From Nitrosopumilus sp. (lineage in GTDB: Archaea > Thermoproteota > Nitrososphaeria > Nitrososphaerales > Nitrososphaeraceae), in NCBI GenBank assembly GCA_013694585.1, contig JACDCB010000019.1, positions 1 to 52,184 of the forward strand: a stretch of 52,184 nucleotides of DNA. Reading direction: 5' to 3'. Within the stretch, counting starts at the first letter, position 1. Each line of letters begins with the position of its first letter. Below, piece after piece: positions 37,120-47,701 of this stretch. Both the position numbers and the translations under genes were made by a program. The notes under the pieces were generated by a model, which worked only from the letters and a program-made list of their open reading frames with translations, searched no databases and was not told the origin of the DNA.

Positions 37120-38901
37120 TCAGGTAAATAGTAACATTAGGATATATACAACAAAAGTAATTGCCAGAAAAATCTTCGTTACTTGAAATGATTTCTCCAA
37201 GGCGTTTGAATAATCATCAAATTGGTTGTTTCCCATGACCATTACTTGGCTTTCAATCTTAAAAACATCAAATGTCGATTTGTCAAGAGAACCTTTTGCT
37301 CTTTTAGCCAAAGATTTGAATACGCTCAATATTTTGGACTCGGGAGTGACATCACCTAATGTGTAATAGCCTTTCGTATTTCTCTTTCCTGATGTAGAAT
37401 GAGTATCAGAAGTGCATATTTCAATGATCTTTAAATTTTCTGCCACAAGGGAGTCTACTATTTTTTCCCTAATTCCATTTTTCATATTATTAGAATCTAT
37501 CCAACATAGTGAATAGTCTACGTTATTGATTGAAATAATCAACAGTCCAAATTGGCCGTGTCCTAAGTCTGGTTGTTTTAACAAATCCTTATTCGTCTGT
37601 TCTTCTATTTGAAAACTATTGGCATATCCTACCTTGAAGGGAAATTGTTCTGATTCTCTTAGTTTGATCAGGTTTTCCTTACCTATTTTTATCAACAACT
37701 CGATATGTTCTTGTTCGATTTTCTCCCCAAGTGAATTATGAGCGTCGATAATCAAAATTTGCTCAAAACCAATTTGTTTCGCATATATTTCAAGTTCTGT
37801 TTTGACATCAGGTGGTATGTCCTCCATCCCTGACGGAGACTTTGAAAACATGATTATTACATTTTTTCCAAGAGCAAACCCACTGCAATTACAATCCTTG
37901 TTGCGAATTGTAAGCGGAATTGAGCATTTATCACCTGCTTCTAAATGGCTATGCTGATCTAATGACGTTAGATATTTTTCAACCTCCTTTTTAGAAGGTA
38001 TGTTTAAAGAATGATCAGAAATGCTATGCATGACCATCGCAGAATTTGAATAAAATTTAAAAATATCATATGGCAAATTGCTGCCTCCTATTGGATTAAA
38101 AGGGCCTGGATGGAGCTCGGGTAGTACAATAAAAATTTCCTTTTGATTCTCAGGCTTTAATTTAACGATTAGAGTGTTAACCATCTTGGGACTTGCTTTA
38201 GCTTCTGCAATCTTTTCCATTTCATCAGACTTATTCTCGGTCCAAGCAATAAGAAAAGCTTGTAATATCTTAAACGCGCTAGTAAAATTGGGTCTGCCGA
38301 TTCTGTCGATAATAATTGTCCATAACACGCCTATGAATAAAATCACCGACCCGAAAACGTATACTGCAATGTTTGTATAAAATATGTGGTTAAAATAAAA
38401 AAAAGAGAATAAAATAAAAATGATCAACGGCTGAATGAATGAAATCGGAATAGTCCTCTTTAACGATGCTCCGAACACCGACACGAAAATACCTATTCTT
38501 AGGCCTATGGCCATAAACATTCCTTGCAAAACGAAATTGATGTTCAAACTATTGGTATTAATAATAAATTCTGAAATAAATCCGCCAATTACGGTTAGAG
38601 TCCAAAGTAGGTTTGCAAATGCAGATACATGCAAGACTTTGGAGAATCTGTTTAGAGGTGTCCCCCGCAATGAAAGGTAGTCAAAAACAAGTGTGACTGA
38701 AAATACAGATGCAATAATTGGAAGACTTGTTAAAAAATCAGTAATGGAGTGTGGAGTAATTACGAAATTAATTAGTGCTATATTTGTGATTAAACTTAAG
38801 ATAGATATCAGAAAAGAAAATTTTTCTGAAGAGGGATTTATATTTGTAAATAGCCATCTTTTATGAAGGCTGGAAACACTGTCAGACTCAAAATTACTCA
38901 T
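37120..38901 (-). CDS. DUF2070-family membrane protein
   Basis: N-terminal TM bundle, HPGPF..GGS, DAHN, DSNN, TSDTH motifs. Confidence 0.8.
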   Translation of the reverse strand: MSNFESDSVSSLHKRWLFTNINPSSEKFSFLISILSLITNIALINFVITPHSITDFLTSLPIIASVFSVTLVFDYLSLRGTPLNRFSKVLHVSAFANLLWTLTVIGGFISEFIINTNSLNINFVLQGMFMAIGLRIGIFVSVFGASLKRTIPISFIQPLIIFILFSFFYFNHIFYTNIAVYVFGSVILFIGVLWTIIIDRIGRPNFTSAFKILQAFLIAWTENKSDEMEKIAEAKASPKMVNTLIVKLKPENQKEIFIVLPELHPGPFNPIGGSNLPYDIFKFYSNSAMVMHSISDHSLNIPSKKEVEKYLTSLDQHSHLEAGDKCSIPLTIRNKDCNCSGFALGKNVIIMFSKSPSGMEDIPPDVKTELEIYAKQIGFEQILIIDAHNSLGEKIEQEHIELLIKIGKENLIKLRESEQFPFKVGYANSFQIEEQTNKDLLKQPDLGHGQFGLLIISINNVDYSLCWIDSNNMKNGIREKIVDSLVAENLKIIEICTSDTHSTSGKRNTKGYYTLGDVTPESKILSVFKSLAKRAKGSLDKSTFDVFKIESQVMVMGNNQFDDYSNALEKSFQVTKIFLAITFVVYILMLLFT

Positions 38902-38917
38902 TAAGTGTCAAAAAAAT

Positions 38918-39088
38918 TTAGACTGGAATCAAAATTTTTATTGCTATCGAAATGGCAATTAAAGCTCCTGCAATCCCTAATATAATTTCCGGCTTTACCT
39001 TAACCCCTTTAGTTTCATCTTCAAAAAACCTTAACAGACCAGCACTTGATGCAGGTAAAGGTGCATTTTTCTTCGCCTTCTTACTCAT
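38918..39088 (-). CDS. secG: Preprotein translocase subunit Sec61-beta (56 aa, absent from the ORF track)
   Basis: MSKKAKKNAPLPASSAGLLRFFEDETKGVKVKPEIILGIAGALIAISIAIKILIPV; AGL.RFF motif plus C-terminal TM. Confidence 0.92.
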   Translation of the reverse strand: MSKKAKKNAPLPASSAGLLRFFEDETKGVKVKPEIILGIAGALIAISIAIKILIPV

Positions 39089-39198
39089 ATTTAAAAATTC
39101 TTACAATGGAAATAAAAGCATTTCTGTATTAAAAAAATATAAAACAACGAATCAGATTCTAAATTATATTTAAATGACGGTCTTTTAATTTAACTAGT

Positions 39199-39714
39199 TT
39201 GAAACGAGCGCAAATCGGGGTTATAGGATACAATAGCGGCTCTCTTCCGATTAAATCAAGAACGCTTGATTTAGCCTACGAGGTGGGGAGTATTATAGCG
39301 AAGAAAAATGCCATCTTGGTTTGCGGGGGGTTAGGAGGGGTAATGGAATACTCTTGTAAAGGCGCTAAAGATAATAATGGTTTCACAATTGGGATAGTTC
39401 CACAAGAAGATTATTCAAGTGCCAACAAATACTGTGATGCAGTAATATGTACCGGAATCGGACTGTCTAGGGATTTTATCGTGGCCTACTCCTCTGATGG
39501 CCTTATTTCAGTGGGAGGTGGGGTTGGTACATTAATTGAGCTTTGCGTTGGATATATAGCAAAAAAACCAATGGTATCAATTTCGGATAGTGGTGGGATT
39601 TCTGATGATTATGGGGGCAAATATTTAGATGAACGAAAGAGAATCTTGATCGAGAAAATAAAGTCTCCACTGGAGGCAGTAGAATACATACTAAAGAAAA
39701 ATAGCCTACAGTAA
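39199..39714 (+). CDS. LOG/SLOG-family protein (TIGR00725-like)
   Basis: CGGLGGVME, GIVP, GGGVGTLIE. Confidence 0.85.
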   Translation: MKRAQIGVIGYNSGSLPIKSRTLDLAYEVGSIIAKKNAILVCGGLGGVMEYSCKGAKDNNGFTIGIVPQEDYSSANKYCDAVICTGIGLSRDFIVAYSSDGLISVGGGVGTLIELCVGYIAKKPMVSISDSGGISDDYGGKYLDERKRILIEKIKSPLEAVEYILKKNSLQ

Positions 39715-39794
39715 TGGTAGAACTTGTTGCACTAAACTAAGATAATATTAAATAATTCATTATTATAAATCATCAAAAGTAAATTGATATCATA

Positions 39795-40934
39795 CTATTT
39801 TCTTGAATACAAAGATTGATTCGGGTGATAAAAGGATCCGTATTTTGATTCCAATTCTAACAATTTATTTATGATGGTATCTGGCCCATTCTTCTTAAAT
39901 AAATCAAAAATATCCATTTTAAGACCCATACCCAACTTCAATGCAATGTTCAAATCTTCTATTGTACAAACTTCATTATCAATCAGCCAGGAGGCATTAT
40001 TAGCTGCGACCCCTAAAATTGAATAAGGATCATATTTTGAAGCCTTTTCCGGAGTAAGATCTATCCTTTCATAATTGTCCCCCTTGTATTCATAAAAGCC
40101 TTTTCCAGATTTTTGACCCAAGTCATGATTATCGTACAACTCTTTAATTTTTGGATGGGGCAAAAGGACCGTCTTGTCCCTCAAATTCATTTCATAAGAT
40201 GCTTTATAAATAACATCGAGGCCTGTATAATCGGCAAGCTCAAAAATTCCCATTGGAAATTCCAATTTGAATTTAACTGCAGAATCAATTACCTCCATAG
40301 AAACATTGTCTCTTTCCATTGAATAGAGTGCCTCATGCACCATTGGTATGAAAACTCTATTGACGATAAATCCAGATACATCCTTTTTACAAACTACGGG
40401 ACGTTTGTTGATCTTATTAATATAATTTGTCACATCTTCTGTTACTTTAGAATCTGTTGTAGTGCCTGGAATCACTTCAACCAATTTCATTAATTGAGGA
40501 GGATTAAAAAAATGAACACCAATGAATTTATCCGGACGATCCGTTAGTTTGCTCAATTCTGTTATGGGTAACGTACTAGTATTTGATGCGAAAATAATGT
40601 TCTTTTCTGCCAAACTATTTAACTCTTGATATACTTTTTTCTTCAGATCAAAATCTTCTGGAACCGCTTCAATTATTAAATCCGCGTTCCCTATTGCTGT
40701 CTGAAGGTCGACCAGAGGGGTTATATTATTATAAAAAATATCAACTTCCTCTTTGGAAATCTTATTTTTTTCGGCAAGCTTTTGTAAAGACCATTTGATC
40801 TTCTCCATTGCCTTATCCAGGAATTTTTGTTCTATATCACGTAATACTACTTTATAACCCGCCATGGCCGATACTTGAGCAATTCCATGACCCATTATTC
40901 CTGAACCTAAAACAGTTATATTTTTTATTGACAC
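39795..40934 (-). CDS. 3-hydroxyacyl-CoA (3-hydroxybutyryl-CoA) dehydrogenase, plausible HP/HB-cycle enzyme
   Basis: GSGIMG, EAVPE, SNTS, HFFNP, GFIVNR, PMGIFELAD. Confidence 0.9.
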   Translation of the reverse strand: MSIKNITVLGSGIMGHGIAQVSAMAGYKVVLRDIEQKFLDKAMEKIKWSLQKLAEKNKISKEEVDIFYNNITPLVDLQTAIGNADLIIEAVPEDFDLKKKVYQELNSLAEKNIIFASNTSTLPITELSKLTDRPDKFIGVHFFNPPQLMKLVEVIPGTTTDSKVTEDVTNYINKINKRPVVCKKDVSGFIVNRVFIPMVHEALYSMERDNVSMEVIDSAVKFKLEFPMGIFELADYTGLDVIYKASYEMNLRDKTVLLPHPKIKELYDNHDLGQKSGKGFYEYKGDNYERIDLTPEKASKYDPYSILGVAANNASWLIDNEVCTIEDLNIALKLGMGLKMDIFDLFKKNGPDTIINKLLELESKYGSFYHPNQSLYSRK

Positions 40935-40989
40935 AATCAGCGATAAGCTACTATCAAAATATAACTTTTGTTTTATTCTAGTTATTCAT

Positions 40990-42336
40990 CTAAAATTCAT
41001 CTGTAATTCTAGTCTGTTTTGTTCCTTTTCTGATAATTTTACTGCTTTTCTTGCCAACTGCTTTATCCACCATTCTCAGAATATTGTTATCTCTGGTCTC
41101 TTTCGCATAAATCAAATATATCCACGCAATGTCCTTTTCTTCGGTTTTTCTGATTACCCTACCTATTCTTTGAGCAATCTGATTAATGTTGGAGGTATTT
41201 GAAAGAATTATGGCTATTCTAACCTGGGGAATATCAAAACCTATTTCCAGAGTGTGGACGGATAGGAGCGGATAAAAATCTTCTCCCCATTTTTCAAGGA
41301 TCAATTTCCGATCCTTTGTTTTTATTTTTGAATGGATTATCTCAGATTTAATATTTTTCTTGTTAAGGGTTTCCTGTAACGTTATAATTGAATCTATAGT
41401 TTCACTGAAAACCATTATCTTTTCATTATTATGTTTTTCAATTATGAAAACGGCTTTTTCTAATTTATGTTTGGATGAATTTAATAAATCCTTTCTTAAT
41501 CTTACTTGGTTAAACCATTCCTTTGCGTACTTTGAACGCATTCCCCCCTGGTAAAGGATCTTTGAAATAACGCCTGGGTCATAAGCATTTAGTTTGTAGG
41601 AAATATTTCTAATGGACTCACTGGTTTTCTTGTAGATCTCTTTTTCTGCGTTTGTCAGGCTCACTTCCATAGAAACTATTTCGGGTTTTGCTAATCTGCC
41701 GTCATCTACCGCTTCCTTGATGAGGTATTTCTTTACCGGTGGAATTATTTCAATAATTTCCTTGTACTTTGGGTCTAACTCATTAATGGTAGCTGTTAGC
41801 CCCAATATCTTTCTTTTCGGATCAGCCGTTATTATTTTAAAAAGTTTCTTGAAAGAAAAGGCTGTGTTACTCAGTAAATGAACTTCATCGAGGATGACCA
41901 ATTTTGCATTTTCAATCAAAGGATAATTATTTATTGCACTTTGATATGTAGAAACAGTAATCTCCTTTTGATCTTTTCTCTCTCCATAATATGTTCCTAC
42001 ATATTCTTTTGAAATATTATATCTTAGGAGTCTGTTAACATTTTGTTCAATAAGTACAATTCGAGGAACGAGGAATAAAATATTAAAAGAACTAGTTAAA
42101 TCTTCTTTAACTTGCGCATTTCTCATGGCTTCTAAACATGCTCTCCTAGCGCTCTCGTATGCTATTTCCGTCTTACCAGTACCGGTTGAATAAATGATGG
42201 ATCCTCGATAGCCGTTTTTAATCCAAGAATCAACTGCCGCTACTTGGTCTGGTTTTAACTCAAAGGGAAATTTGAGTGAGGAAATGGCAGGAGGCATATT
42301 GTTATTTGTGTCCGTTTTTATATAATCCTTCCACAA
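40990..42336 (-). CDS. XPB/Rad25-like SF2 helicase
   Basis: TGTGKT, DEVH, GLTAT, GFDIP, QRIGRVIR. Confidence 0.85.
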   Translation of the reverse strand: MWKDYIKTDTNNNMPPAISSLKFPFELKPDQVAAVDSWIKNGYRGSIIYSTGTGKTEIAYESARRACLEAMRNAQVKEDLTSSFNILFLVPRIVLIEQNVNRLLRYNISKEYVGTYYGERKDQKEITVSTYQSAINNYPLIENAKLVILDEVHLLSNTAFSFKKLFKIITADPKRKILGLTATINELDPKYKEIIEIIPPVKKYLIKEAVDDGRLAKPEIVSMEVSLTNAEKEIYKKTSESIRNISYKLNAYDPGVISKILYQGGMRSKYAKEWFNQVRLRKDLLNSSKHKLEKAVFIIEKHNNEKIMVFSETIDSIITLQETLNKKNIKSEIIHSKIKTKDRKLILEKWGEDFYPLLSVHTLEIGFDIPQVRIAIILSNTSNINQIAQRIGRVIRKTEEKDIAWIYLIYAKETRDNNILRMVDKAVGKKSSKIIRKGTKQTRITDEF

Positions 42337-42647
42337 TCAAAATCACATTAAATTCATTAAGCTCAATATCGAATAGAACTCGGGTTTTCAGAATTAAAGG
42401 TGGTTTTTTCAATTATTTTTGTGAATAAATAAGCAAAGTTCTTGTTAAAATGGGTTCGAAAGTACACCTGCTAAAATTTTGAGGTATTCCCGAAATTCTA
42501 GCATCAATTTCGAAATATTGTGGTATTTATTAAATCCTCTTCTATTTCAGATCCGGACGTAATCTACAATATGATCACTAATCGTTTAAAGAATCAATGG
42601 CTAAGGAACGCTTAATAAGAGGAATTAGGTATATGAAGCAATAATAG

Positions 42648-42956
42648 ATGGCTGTAATATGCAAGAAATGTGGCCTACCTGATGATTTATGTGCATGCGG
42701 AGAGTTAGATAAAGAAGATACTCGAATTGTAGTAAGGTTGGAAACCCGACGATTTTCTAAGACAACCACCATGATTGAGGGCTTAGATCCAAAAATTAAT
42801 GATATACATACAATTGTTAAAGAGCTTAAAAGCAGGTTGGCATGTGGCGGTACAGCAAAAGACGGTTTTATCCTTTTACAGGGTGATCATAGGGATATTG
42901 TCAAAAATTATCTAGTAATAAAGGGCTTTAATGAAGCTTCTATAGAAGTAATGTAG
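42648..42956 (+). CDS. sui1: Translation initiation factor aIF1 (SUI1)
   Basis: C..CGLP..LC.C, LACGGT, LQGDH. Confidence 0.93.
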   Translation: MAVICKKCGLPDDLCACGELDKEDTRIVVRLETRRFSKTTTMIEGLDPKINDIHTIVKELKSRLACGGTAKDGFILLQGDHRDIVKNYLVIKGFNEASIEVM

Positions 42957-42980
42957 ATTTATAATTTTAAGAAAAGACTT

Positions 42981-43991
42981 TTGTTAAATAAATCATCGTT
43001 GAATAAAGTTCTAAAATGGATAGACGATACACTTATCTTCATCGTTATCTTGGTAACGGCTTTCTCTTTTCTTATAGGTCTCTTTTTAGTTTTTTTTACA
43101 AACCTTGGTGGTGAAGTTCATTGGTATAATGATGTTCCTCTTGACTTTTTGATATTTGGCATTTTTGGACTTAATTCAATATATTTCAACTTAGGAATTA
43201 CCTTCATGTTTTTTTGGACAGTTTACCTGGCATGTTATGTATTTTGTTTTTTAAAACCTTTTTCAATCCTTAATTTATCTTCAGTGAAAAAGCCGTTTCA
43301 AATGATTGGACTTGAAGCGATCAAAGTACAGCGCAATAATTATCTTGCAATAACTATTTCTTGGTTTTCAGGCTATTTTGTACTCTCAATTTTGATCGAT
43401 GTTATACAACAGCTATTTGGTTTCAAGTTAGGGAACCCCTTAACTGCTAACCCCATTTTATCCTTTTTTTATTTGTCTGCAGCCCCTCTGAACGAAGAGA
43501 TATTCTTTAGGGTTCTCCTTTTAGGGATACCATTATTCCTATTATTCATCCCATCTGGTAAAGGTTTATTCCTTTCAACACTTAATCATCCATACAAAAA
43601 TATTCCGTATAAAAAAGGAAAATACACTACTTTAGCAATAGCAATAATTATTGCATTGAATTCGCTAGCTTTTGGATTAACTCATGTCATATTTGGAGGT
43701 GGCTATGAAATCGGAAAAATAACTCAAGCTGGGTTGGGCGGCGTTATAATAGCTTGGCTATATTATAGGTACAGCCTCTCTTCAGCTATTACCTTCCATT
43801 GGATTTCTAATTATGTATTTTTTGCGTACAGTATATTTGGATATTTTTTGTTCAAAACTCCTTGGAACGCCGAATCTGATAATCTATTCTTGGCTATAAT
43901 ATCAGTGGTTTTTATAGTAATGGGTGTCATATTTTTGTATAGGCTTCTCGAGCAACTAATTACAAAGTATTTGACAAAATCAAAAATGTGA
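42981..43991 (+). CDS. CPBP (Abi/CAAX) intramembrane metalloprotease
   Basis: EEIFFR, FGLTH, HWISN, multiple TM helices. Confidence 0.88.
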   Translation: MLNKSSLNKVLKWIDDTLIFIVILVTAFSFLIGLFLVFFTNLGGEVHWYNDVPLDFLIFGIFGLNSIYFNLGITFMFFWTVYLACYVFCFLKPFSILNLSSVKKPFQMIGLEAIKVQRNNYLAITISWFSGYFVLSILIDVIQQLFGFKLGNPLTANPILSFFYLSAAPLNEEIFFRVLLLGIPLFLLFIPSGKGLFLSTLNHPYKNIPYKKGKYTTLAIAIIIALNSLAFGLTHVIFGGGYEIGKITQAGLGGVIIAWLYYRYSLSSAITFHWISNYVFFAYSIFGYFLFKTPWNAESDNLFLAIISVVFIVMGVIFLYRLLEQLITKYLTKSKM

Positions 43992-43996
43992 TTTTT

Positions 43997-44911
43997 TCAC
44001 AATTTCAAATGAGTTTTGAGTCCTTTATACCTATTTCGGATAGTAACTTCAGTGACACCGGCCGCTTCTGCAACATCTTTTTGAGTTTTATTTTCACCAT
44101 TCATTACACAAGCTACATACAGTGCTGCAGCTGCTAAGCCCATTGGATCCTTACCAGCCGATATCTTACCTTCTTCTGCTTTCTTTAGAATTTCCAAAGC
44201 TTTTCTCTTGGTTTTTTCCGTGAGGCCAGCCTTGCTTGCTATCCTAGCAACACATTTTACTGGATCAACCACTGGCATTTTAAGATCCAATTCTCTAATC
44301 AGTAATCGATAACACCTTGCAACGTCCTTCTTCTTTATGTTACTGGCATTTGCGACATCTTTCAAAGTTCTGGGTGTTTCTGTATCCCTACATGCAGCAT
44401 AAAGTGCAGCTGCAACCAGTGCTGAGATAGATCTCCCTCTCACCAAACCCTTTTCTAAAGCCTTTCTATAAATATAAGCAGCTTTTTCAATTACTGCATC
44501 ACCAACTGCTAATTTATCCTTTAATCTGTCCAATTCACTGAATGCTTGCCTGAAATTCCTGTCAACAGGTTCATGGACTTGACTCCTACTATCCCATGTT
44601 CTTAACCTTTCGATGGTGCTTTTCATGGATGCAGAGAGTGGTTTACCCGATGCATCCTTATCCACTGGTCCAATAATCGTAGCTAAACCCATGTCGTGCA
44701 TAGCCAAAGATGTGGGTACTCCTGCTCTACTTCTATCTTCATGTTCTTCCTTGGAAAAGGCTCTCCACTCTGGTCCAGTTTCTTCTATCCTTTCTGTAAC
44801 TACAAAGCCACAGTTGCCGCAAAACATTTCTCCAGTAGAATTGTCAGTAACCATTGGACCCTTGCCACATCGTGGACATTGGTCACCAAACATAGATATA
44901 TCTTTTACCAA
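43997..44911 (-). CDS. tfb: Transcription factor B (conserved type)
   Basis: CPRC/CGNC, GPEWRAF, HDMGL, GKDPMG, VTEVTIRNRY; start 44911 or 44893. Confidence 0.96.
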   Translation of the reverse strand: MVKDISMFGDQCPRCGKGPMVTDNSTGEMFCGNCGFVVTERIEETGPEWRAFSKEEHEDRSRAGVPTSLAMHDMGLATIIGPVDKDASGKPLSASMKSTIERLRTWDSRSQVHEPVDRNFRQAFSELDRLKDKLAVGDAVIEKAAYIYRKALEKGLVRGRSISALVAAALYAACRDTETPRTLKDVANASNIKKKDVARCYRLLIRELDLKMPVVDPVKCVARIASKAGLTEKTKRKALEILKKAEEGKISAGKDPMGLAAAALYVACVMNGENKTQKDVAEAAGVTEVTIRNRYKGLKTHLKL

Positions 44912-45191
44912 AAGATATCACCATAAAACTTATAAACTAATTCCACATGTATTTATATCTTTCCTTACATATAAATATATCGAAATTTACCAAAATAAAT
45001 CCGTTAATACTTTGCTTTAGTTCTTTTTCTCCTCTCTACTTTGGCGTATTTTTTGCTCTCACTTCTTTTTGAACTGTAAGCATGAGTTCTTTTTTCACTT
45101 TTATTGCTCATGGGTAAAAATAATAGGCGATTATTTATATACTATAGTTTTTTCCAGATAGAATACCTGAAATTAAAATAATGAATTTATA

Positions 45192-47666
45192 ATGCATTAT
45201 TCCATCAATACTTTATTCATGAGGAATAACTTGCATGTGGTTGTTTTTTTGACTGCACTTTCCGCTATCGTTCTTTTTAGTTCTGATAATTATGCCTTTT
45301 CCCAGATGAATAAGACTGGGGGCTATGCTGACCAAGTTAAATTCATAAGATTTTCTAATGAAAATGTTGCGTACCAGGAAGTGAGTAATGGTCACCTTGA
45401 CAGTTATTTTTTCCAAATTCCTCTACAACTTGTTGAATCAGCTAAAAAGAATCCAAATCTAGAAGTGTTTGAGAAGGAGGGTCTTTCTTATGGTTTGTTA
45501 TTAAATCCTTATAATACAAACCAAACTTTCAATCCTTTCTCAATCAAAGAAATTAGATTTGCAATGAATTTCTTAATCGATAGGAACTTTATAGTAAATA
45601 ATATTTTAAAGGGTTTCAGCAATCCCATCGTAGAGCCGTATGGACCCACATCTCCAGAATACCATAATGTGTTGCCTGTAGTCGATCCATTGAAAATCCG
45701 TTATGACTTAACCCTTGCTACTAAAAGTATCAAGGACTCTATGACAAAGGCGGGGGCAAATATGGATGAAACAGGCAAATATACCTTAAACGGAAAATCC
45801 GTGCTGGTTAAGATATTGATTAGAAATGACGATTTGTTAAGAAAATCTTTCGGTGATTTTGTTGCATCCGAAATTGAAAAAGTCGGATTCACGGTCGTGA
45901 AGGAATACGGTGACTTGACAAAAGCCAATAGAGTTGTTTACGGATCAAACCCGGCAGATTTGGAATGGAATGTTTACACCGAATCATACATATCCAGTTC
46001 ATTCTCAAGGTATAATCCAACAACTGTTAGTCAAATGTATGCTCCGTGGTTTGGAAATATGCCAGGATCTCAGAATCCTGTCTTTTGGCAGTATTCCAAT
46101 TCAACAATCGATAACCTAACACAAAAGCTCGTTTTTAACAATTTTACTTCTGAAATAGAACGAAATAATTTGTTACGACAAGCGGAGTCGGCAGGTTTGC
46201 AAGAAGCAGTGCGCCTCTTTTTTGCAAGATCCTTTGATCCATACATATCCTCATCAAAAATTAGTGGCCTGATTAACGACTATTCTGCTGGCATCGCTAA
46301 TAAATTGTCATTGATAAACGCTATAAAAAACAATACCGATAATTCTACACTCAATATAGGGATGAAAGAAGTGTATCAAGGAGCCTGGAATAATGTTAAG
46401 GGTTGCACAGATTTTTATTGTAGGATCATTTATTCACTTGTTGCTGATACTCCAACGATATCTAATCCTTATTCTGGCGACCCTGAACCCTCTAGGAATA
46501 TGTGGACCTATCTGTTCTCAAAAGGTCCTACTGATACTGTCATAGTTCCAAGCGATGCCCTTACTTGGAACCCATTTAATCAAAGTTGGGATAAGAACAA
46601 AAATCAAAGTAATTCTGCATTAACCAAAGTTACTATGAAACCTTTATTTTCAAATTGGCATAATGGGGAACCTATGGATAGGTACGATCTCTTGTACTCT
46701 TATTATTTTCCATTTGAATGGTCAACTGATACTAAAAATAATGATAAGACCTTTGATGCCGAATATTCCAGTTTAATTTTTCCAACTTTGTCCCTGATTA
46801 AAGGAATAAAATTCTATGAGAACAGTACATTTGATACCTATGTCGATCTTTGGCATTATGACAAAAAATTAGTCCCCTCTTACGGGACATTATGGCCTTC
46901 TGAACCATGGGAAATTACTGCCGCTACGGAACGATTGGTTGCTGATAATAAATTGTCTTATTCAAAATCTGACGCTAATATTAAACATATAGATCAGTTA
47001 TCTCTGAATCTTCCAGTGCAATCCGAATTGGTAAAACAAGAGTTGATTAAGATGTCTAATGAAAAATATTTACCCAATCCTTTGAAAGGTTTGGTAAGTT
47101 TGGAGTATGCACTTGAACGCTACAAGTCATCAATAGACTGGATTAATATTCATCACAATGCAGTCATTGGAAATGGGCCTTATTATTTGGAAACTTTTAA
47201 TCCTACTGGAGGAGTTGTAACCTTGAATGCGTTTAGAGATAATACATATCCGTTCAAGACAGGAGTATACTCTGACTTCGAAAACCCTCCTGAACTACGC
47301 TTTGATAGGATTAACATTCCAAAGTTCCTAAAAATAGGAGATCCATATGATTTTGACTTGCAGTTAAGTATTAACAATCTATCTAATGGCTCAAATAGTT
47401 TTAGCGGGATCATTGATCATTTCATTTCTGACAGAAATAATAAGATCGTAGTCGAAGGTTCTACTGTGATAAATAATAGCTCTAATAATCAATCTGATAG
47501 TAAAGGTCAACTTCAACTGGATGAATCTGGAGTTGTTGCCATATCTTTGAATGCAAGCCAGACACAGGAACTTAAACCAGGTCCAGCAAAAATAAAACTT
47601 ATCATTACTTCTACAGAGTCGCCAAAACCACTGATCCAAGAAAATACATTGATTGCCCGGCCTTGA
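45192..47666 (+). CDS. ABC transporter substrate-binding protein, family 5 (peptide/nickel)
   Basis: Signal segment, NPFSIKEIRFAMN.LIDR, WHNG, GNGPY.L. Confidence 0.88.
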   Translation: MHYSINTLFMRNNLHVVVFLTALSAIVLFSSDNYAFSQMNKTGGYADQVKFIRFSNENVAYQEVSNGHLDSYFFQIPLQLVESAKKNPNLEVFEKEGLSYGLLLNPYNTNQTFNPFSIKEIRFAMNFLIDRNFIVNNILKGFSNPIVEPYGPTSPEYHNVLPVVDPLKIRYDLTLATKSIKDSMTKAGANMDETGKYTLNGKSVLVKILIRNDDLLRKSFGDFVASEIEKVGFTVVKEYGDLTKANRVVYGSNPADLEWNVYTESYISSSFSRYNPTTVSQMYAPWFGNMPGSQNPVFWQYSNSTIDNLTQKLVFNNFTSEIERNNLLRQAESAGLQEAVRLFFARSFDPYISSSKISGLINDYSAGIANKLSLINAIKNNTDNSTLNIGMKEVYQGAWNNVKGCTDFYCRIIYSLVADTPTISNPYSGDPEPSRNMWTYLFSKGPTDTVIVPSDALTWNPFNQSWDKNKNQSNSALTKVTMKPLFSNWHNGEPMDRYDLLYSYYFPFEWSTDTKNNDKTFDAEYSSLIFPTLSLIKGIKFYENSTFDTYVDLWHYDKKLVPSYGTLWPSEPWEITAATERLVADNKLSYSKSDANIKHIDQLSLNLPVQSELVKQELIKMSNEKYLPNPLKGLVSLEYALERYKSSIDWINIHHNAVIGNGPYYLETFNPTGGVVTLNAFRDNTYPFKTGVYSDFENPPELRFDRINIPKFLKIGDPYDFDLQLSINNLSNGSNSFSGIIDHFISDRNNKIVVEGSTVINNSSNNQSDSKGQLQLDESGVVAISLNASQTQELKPGPAKIKLIITSTESPKPLIQENTLIARP

Positions 47667-47701
47667 GTAGGGTTTAATACAACGATATAGACGAATTTGC
47701 C

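Noticed and set aside
38952-39173. 73-aa plus-strand ORF from the track
   Set aside because: Antisense shadow of the Sec61-beta gene
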